Shown: in pieces, positions 58,746-61,725 of the stretch
How the letters are laid out: every line of letters begins with the position of its first letter
How positions within the stretch are numbered: position 1 is the first letter of the stretch
Origin: Spirochaetales bacterium
GTDB taxonomy: Bacteria; Spirochaetota; Spirochaetia; JABEVK01
DNA length: 61,725 bases
Direction: 5' to 3'
NCBI GenBank assembly: GCA_037142615.1
Contig: JBAXAI010000023.1
Span: 1 to 61,725, forward strand
The notes under the pieces: model-generated
The model's database searches: none
What the model was told of the DNA's origin: nothing
What the model saw: the letters and a program-made list of their open reading frames with translations, nothing else
Program-made: the position numbers and the translations under genes

Positions 58746-58774
58746 GGGGCCAGAATACCGTGCTAGACTGCCCT

Positions 58775-59404
58775 ATGCCAACTCCCCGCATCTTCGACTG
58801 GGCCTTCGCGGCAACGGCCCTGTTGGGCCTAGCGCTCATCCCCGTGTCTGGCGGCCCCTGGATCGCCGCCGTGAAAGCGTTGCCGGCGCTGGTGCTCGCG
58901 GCTTCGTGGTTTGTGCTGCACCAACCTGGCTGGAAGCTGATGGGCCCCGCACTGGTGTTTGCGGCGGGTGGCGACTTCCTGTTGTCGCTCAGCGGCCTGT
59001 TCGTGCCAGGCATGGGGTCGTTCGCCGTGATGCAGCTTTTGTACCTCGTCCGCTTCTGGGGTGTGGGCTTGGCGCGACCGAAGCCCAGGCGCGGACTCGT
59101 GACGTATCCGGTCGTCTTCGCCGTGATCACGGCCGCAGTAATGGCAGTCTTCCTGCCGCACATGGGCGACTTGGCCATCCCGATGGCCCTCTACGGAGTG
59201 CTGCTCGCGACCATGACGGTCGGGGGTAGCTTCGCCAGCCGGGATTGGCAATTGAGGGTCGGCGTGCTCCTGTTCTTCGTCTCTGATGGGCTGATCCTTG
59301 CCTTCCGTGTTTGGAAGGACCCGACCGACCTGCACACCTGGGCCATCATGATCACGTATTACGTCGGACAGGTCCTGATCACAAGGGGAGCGAGGAAGCT
59401 ATGA
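58775..59404 (+). CDS. YhhN family membrane protein (lysoplasmalogenase-like)
   Basis: VKALP, GGDFLL, GMGSF, LLFFVSD, TYYVGQ. Confidence 0.85.
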   Translation: MPTPRIFDWAFAATALLGLALIPVSGGPWIAAVKALPALVLAASWFVLHQPGWKLMGPALVFAAGGDFLLSLSGLFVPGMGSFAVMQLLYLVRFWGVGLARPKPRRGLVTYPVVFAVITAAVMAVFLPHMGDLAIPMALYGVLLATMTVGGSFASRDWQLRVGVLLFFVSDGLILAFRVWKDPTDLHTWAIMITYYVGQVLITRGARKL

Positions 59405-60489
59405 AGCAGCCGAGGTTTGCTGACGACAAGATCGTGTTCGATGTGAGCGAAGGAAGGGTGCTGCCTGTGCTCGCCTCGATCTTCTTTGTTGCTATCGGCG
59501 TGTCAATCTTGAACTTTGTTTCGAAAGCCTGGGACACCGACCCGGTCTTCCTGGCCGTGGCAGCCTTTGGGGTTCTGGCCTTGGTGCTGCCCCTTTGGCT
59601 GATGGCGCGGGTGTTCGCCGAGGCGCTTCGGCCTGGGTCACCGCAGTCGCTTGTCTTCGACCAGGCGGATAGCAGGTTGCGGGTGTTGAATCAGCGTTTC
59701 GACGAACAGAAGTACAGCGCAGACAGGCTCACTCTCCCGGGTTATGCCTACAGCCAGCTGAGCGGGTTTGCACTCCGTTCATGGATGACTTCGGGCAGCG
59801 GCGACACAACGTCCACCCGGGTTTGGATCGTCACCGTCGAGAAGCTGGACGGGTCGGTGTGGGACCTTTTCTCCACGACCAGCAAGAACGATGCCGAAGC
59901 GCTGCGCCAAAGGCTCGCAACGACGGTCGCGCTCCCCGGTGCCGCCCCGTCTGGTGAGACTCAAGCCAGCCCAACCCCGAAGCGCTGGCAGAAGACAGGA
60001 GGAAGCCTCGGTCCTGTCTGGTTTTGGAGCCGACCCAGCCATTTAGTCTCGACCCTGCTCGGCCTCGCGCTCGTGGTGGGCTTTGCCTCGGGGTTCACGG
60101 TCATCACCGCCCGTTGGTTGGTGATAGCACTGCTCGGCGACCTGGTGTTTGCTGCCGTGCTGTTCCTCCTCGCCAAGGGCTTGAAGGAAGGTGGGATCTC
60201 GTGGAGAAACTTCCGGGCCCTGCGGCTGACGTCGTCGTCGCTGGAGGTCGGCCTGGTTCCGAAGTCAAACCTGACCTCGTTTGTGGCCACGACGTCACTG
60301 GCTGTCGAAGGGCTTCGGTCTGTACGCTTCTCGTTCTCGCTCCATGAAAAGCAGCGCGCTCGACCCGTGCTGGAGTTGGTCGGCGACCAGGTGCTGCCGG
60401 TGGAACTCGAGGGTTTGTCGGCCGGCGACGCGATCGCGCTCCAGCGGGAGCTGGAAGCAGCCTTGACGCGAGCTACACGTCTCGGCTGA
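59401..60489 (+). CDS. Hypothetical membrane protein (two 2TM + soluble-domain modules)
   Basis: ATG overlaps the YhhN stop, GAGG upstream; two TM hairpins, each followed by a beta-rich segment. Confidence 0.7.
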   Translation: MKQPRFADDKIVFDVSEGRVLPVLASIFFVAIGVSILNFVSKAWDTDPVFLAVAAFGVLALVLPLWLMARVFAEALRPGSPQSLVFDQADSRLRVLNQRFDEQKYSADRLTLPGYAYSQLSGFALRSWMTSGSGDTTSTRVWIVTVEKLDGSVWDLFSTTSKNDAEALRQRLATTVALPGAAPSGETQASPTPKRWQKTGGSLGPVWFWSRPSHLVSTLLGLALVVGFASGFTVITARWLVIALLGDLVFAAVLFLLAKGLKEGGISWRNFRALRLTSSSLEVGLVPKSNLTSFVATTSLAVEGLRSVRFSFSLHEKQRARPVLELVGDQVLPVELEGLSAGDAIALQRELEAALTRATRLG

Positions 60490-60907
60490 AGACCAGAAGG
60501 TCGTCGCGGCGCACCCAACCGCGGACGTCGGCCTTGACCCAAAAGTCGAGCCCCGCAGCATTGCTGGCCAGCACGAAAAGGTGCACTTTTTGGATTCCTT
60601 CGGCTTGGAGGCCAGCCAGCGAAGCCTCGATCAGCGCAGTGCTGAGTCTGAGCCCGCGGTAGGCTGGCGCCACGGCAAGGTGGTACAGGAACCCCCGACG
60701 GCCGTCGTGCCCGGCGAGGCAAGTGCCAACGAGGCGTCCATCTGGCGAGTAGGCGCCGTAACTGAGGCCAGGGTTGCGGTCGAAGAAGCGGGTTAGCTCG
60801 GTGGGCTCGTCAGCGGGGCTCATCCCAAGTCCCGGGATGCCTTTCCAAAACGTGAGCGCCTCGACGCCGTCAGCAGCGGCAAGCGCACGGAGGCGGGGCG
60901 CTGTCAC
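60473..60907 (-). CDS. GNAT family N-acetyltransferase (YpeA-like)
   Basis: GHDGRRGFLYHLAVAP.YRG, GIQKVHLFV..N; GTG overlaps the corA stop. Confidence 0.9.
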   Translation of the reverse strand: MTAPRLRALAAADGVEALTFWKGIPGLGMSPADEPTELTRFFDRNPGLSYGAYSPDGRLVGTCLAGHDGRRGFLYHLAVAPAYRGLRLSTALIEASLAGLQAEGIQKVHLFVLASNAAGLDFWVKADVRGWVRRDDLLVFSRDV

Positions 60908-61725
60908 CGGCGCTTGATCTTCTTGCCGGGTCCGTCGGTGAACTTTTTGAGGATCCAGTAAGTCAGGTAAGCAACTCCCACCATGCCCACGGTCGCCAAC
61001 CCGTAGGCTACGGGCCACGGGATTCCCGACGTCATCATCGAGAACTCGGACATGCCGCCCATACCGGCGATCACGTTGAGCGGCATGAAGACGACCGAGA
61101 GCACCGTGAGTCGCTTGATCAACTGGTTCATGTTGTTGTTCACGATGCTGCCCCGCGCGTCGTTCAGGCCGGTGAGAATGTTGGAGTAGATTTCAGCTTG
61201 CTTGTTGCACTGGTTGTTCTCGATGACGATGTCGTCGAGAAGCGCCAGGTTTTCGGTGGAAAGCCCGATCCGGACGGCGTTCATCTTCAGCTTCTCCATC
61301 ACTACCGAGTTGGAGTTGATGCCGTTCAGGTAGTAAATCAGGCTCTTTTCGATGGTGAACATGTTCAAGAGGTGCTCGTTGGCCATCGACGTGTTGATCT
61401 TCTGTTCCAAGCTGTCGGACAGCAAACTGATCACCTTGAGGTGCCCCAGAAAGTGGGCGATGGTACCGTACAGGATCTTCAGCAGGGCGTCGTTGAGGTT
61501 GGTGATCTTGAACGCCTGGCGGCCTTCCAAAATGGAGGTCTCCTGGTTGTTCATGATGATGACCAACTGATCCTTGTAAAGGAACACGCCCACCGACGTC
61601 ACCTTGAACAGAAAATTGTCGCTCGACGAGTAGTTCTTGGGACTCTTGATGATGATCATCGTGTGGTCTTCTTCGAACTCCATGCGGCCGATCTCGTCGG
61701 GGTCCATGGCCGAGCTGATGTTGTG
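60904..61725 (-). CDS. corA: CorA family Mg2+/Co2+ transporter (5' truncated)
   Basis: DPDE..R.E, IEKSLIYY, SIVNNNMN..KRLT..MPLNVIAGMGGMSEF, two C-terminal TM. Confidence 0.9.
   Translation of the reverse strand, partial: HNISSAMDPDEIGRMEFEEDHTMIIIKSPKNYSSSDNFLFKVTSVGVFLYKDQLVIIMNNQETSILEGRQAFKITNLNDALLKILYGTIAHFLGHLKVISLLSDSLEQKINTSMANEHLLNMFTIEKSLIYYLNGINSNSVVMEKLKMNAVRIGLSTENLALLDDIVIENNQCNKQAEIYSNILTGLNDARGSIVNNNMNQLIKRLTVLSVVFMPLNVIAGMGGMSEFSMMTSGIPWPVAYGLATVGMVGVAYLTYWILKKFTDGPGKKIKRR

Overview
A GC-rich, gene-dense bacterial chromosomal segment of about 56 CDS. It most likely comes from a free-living member of the Spirochaetia: it carries an FlcA-like flagellar collar TPR protein, a MinD-like/FapA/lgt cluster, an Asp-type MurA and a CorA with a GMSE loop. 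Content is mostly housekeeping and metabolic: murA, ravA-viaA, lgt, ctpA-rsmE-tagA-like, STAS-chaperone-pspA, leuB, mtnN-luxS, potABCD, resB/ccsA, fba, cdd-purU-HDAC, msrA, ilvD, corA. I saw no rRNA, tRNA, CRISPR array, transposase or prophage. The most notable signals are: (1) an orphan DnaA-box cluster at 48052-48304, between fba and a DUF4954 gene, with no dnaA/dnaN nearby; (2) apparently pervasive leaderless transcription, with a -10 hexamer 5-7 nt before the start codon at about 14 genes; (3) a divergent LptF/LptG-like membrane pair downstream of a STAS-zinc-ribbon/chaperone/PspA/pseudo-response-regulator locus that also has a CTG start and attenuator-like hairpins; (4) several apparently degenerate enzymes or regulators (pseudo-adenylate cyclase, HTH-less sigma54 activator, NDK-like protein). 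All family calls come from motif recognition by eye, not database searches.
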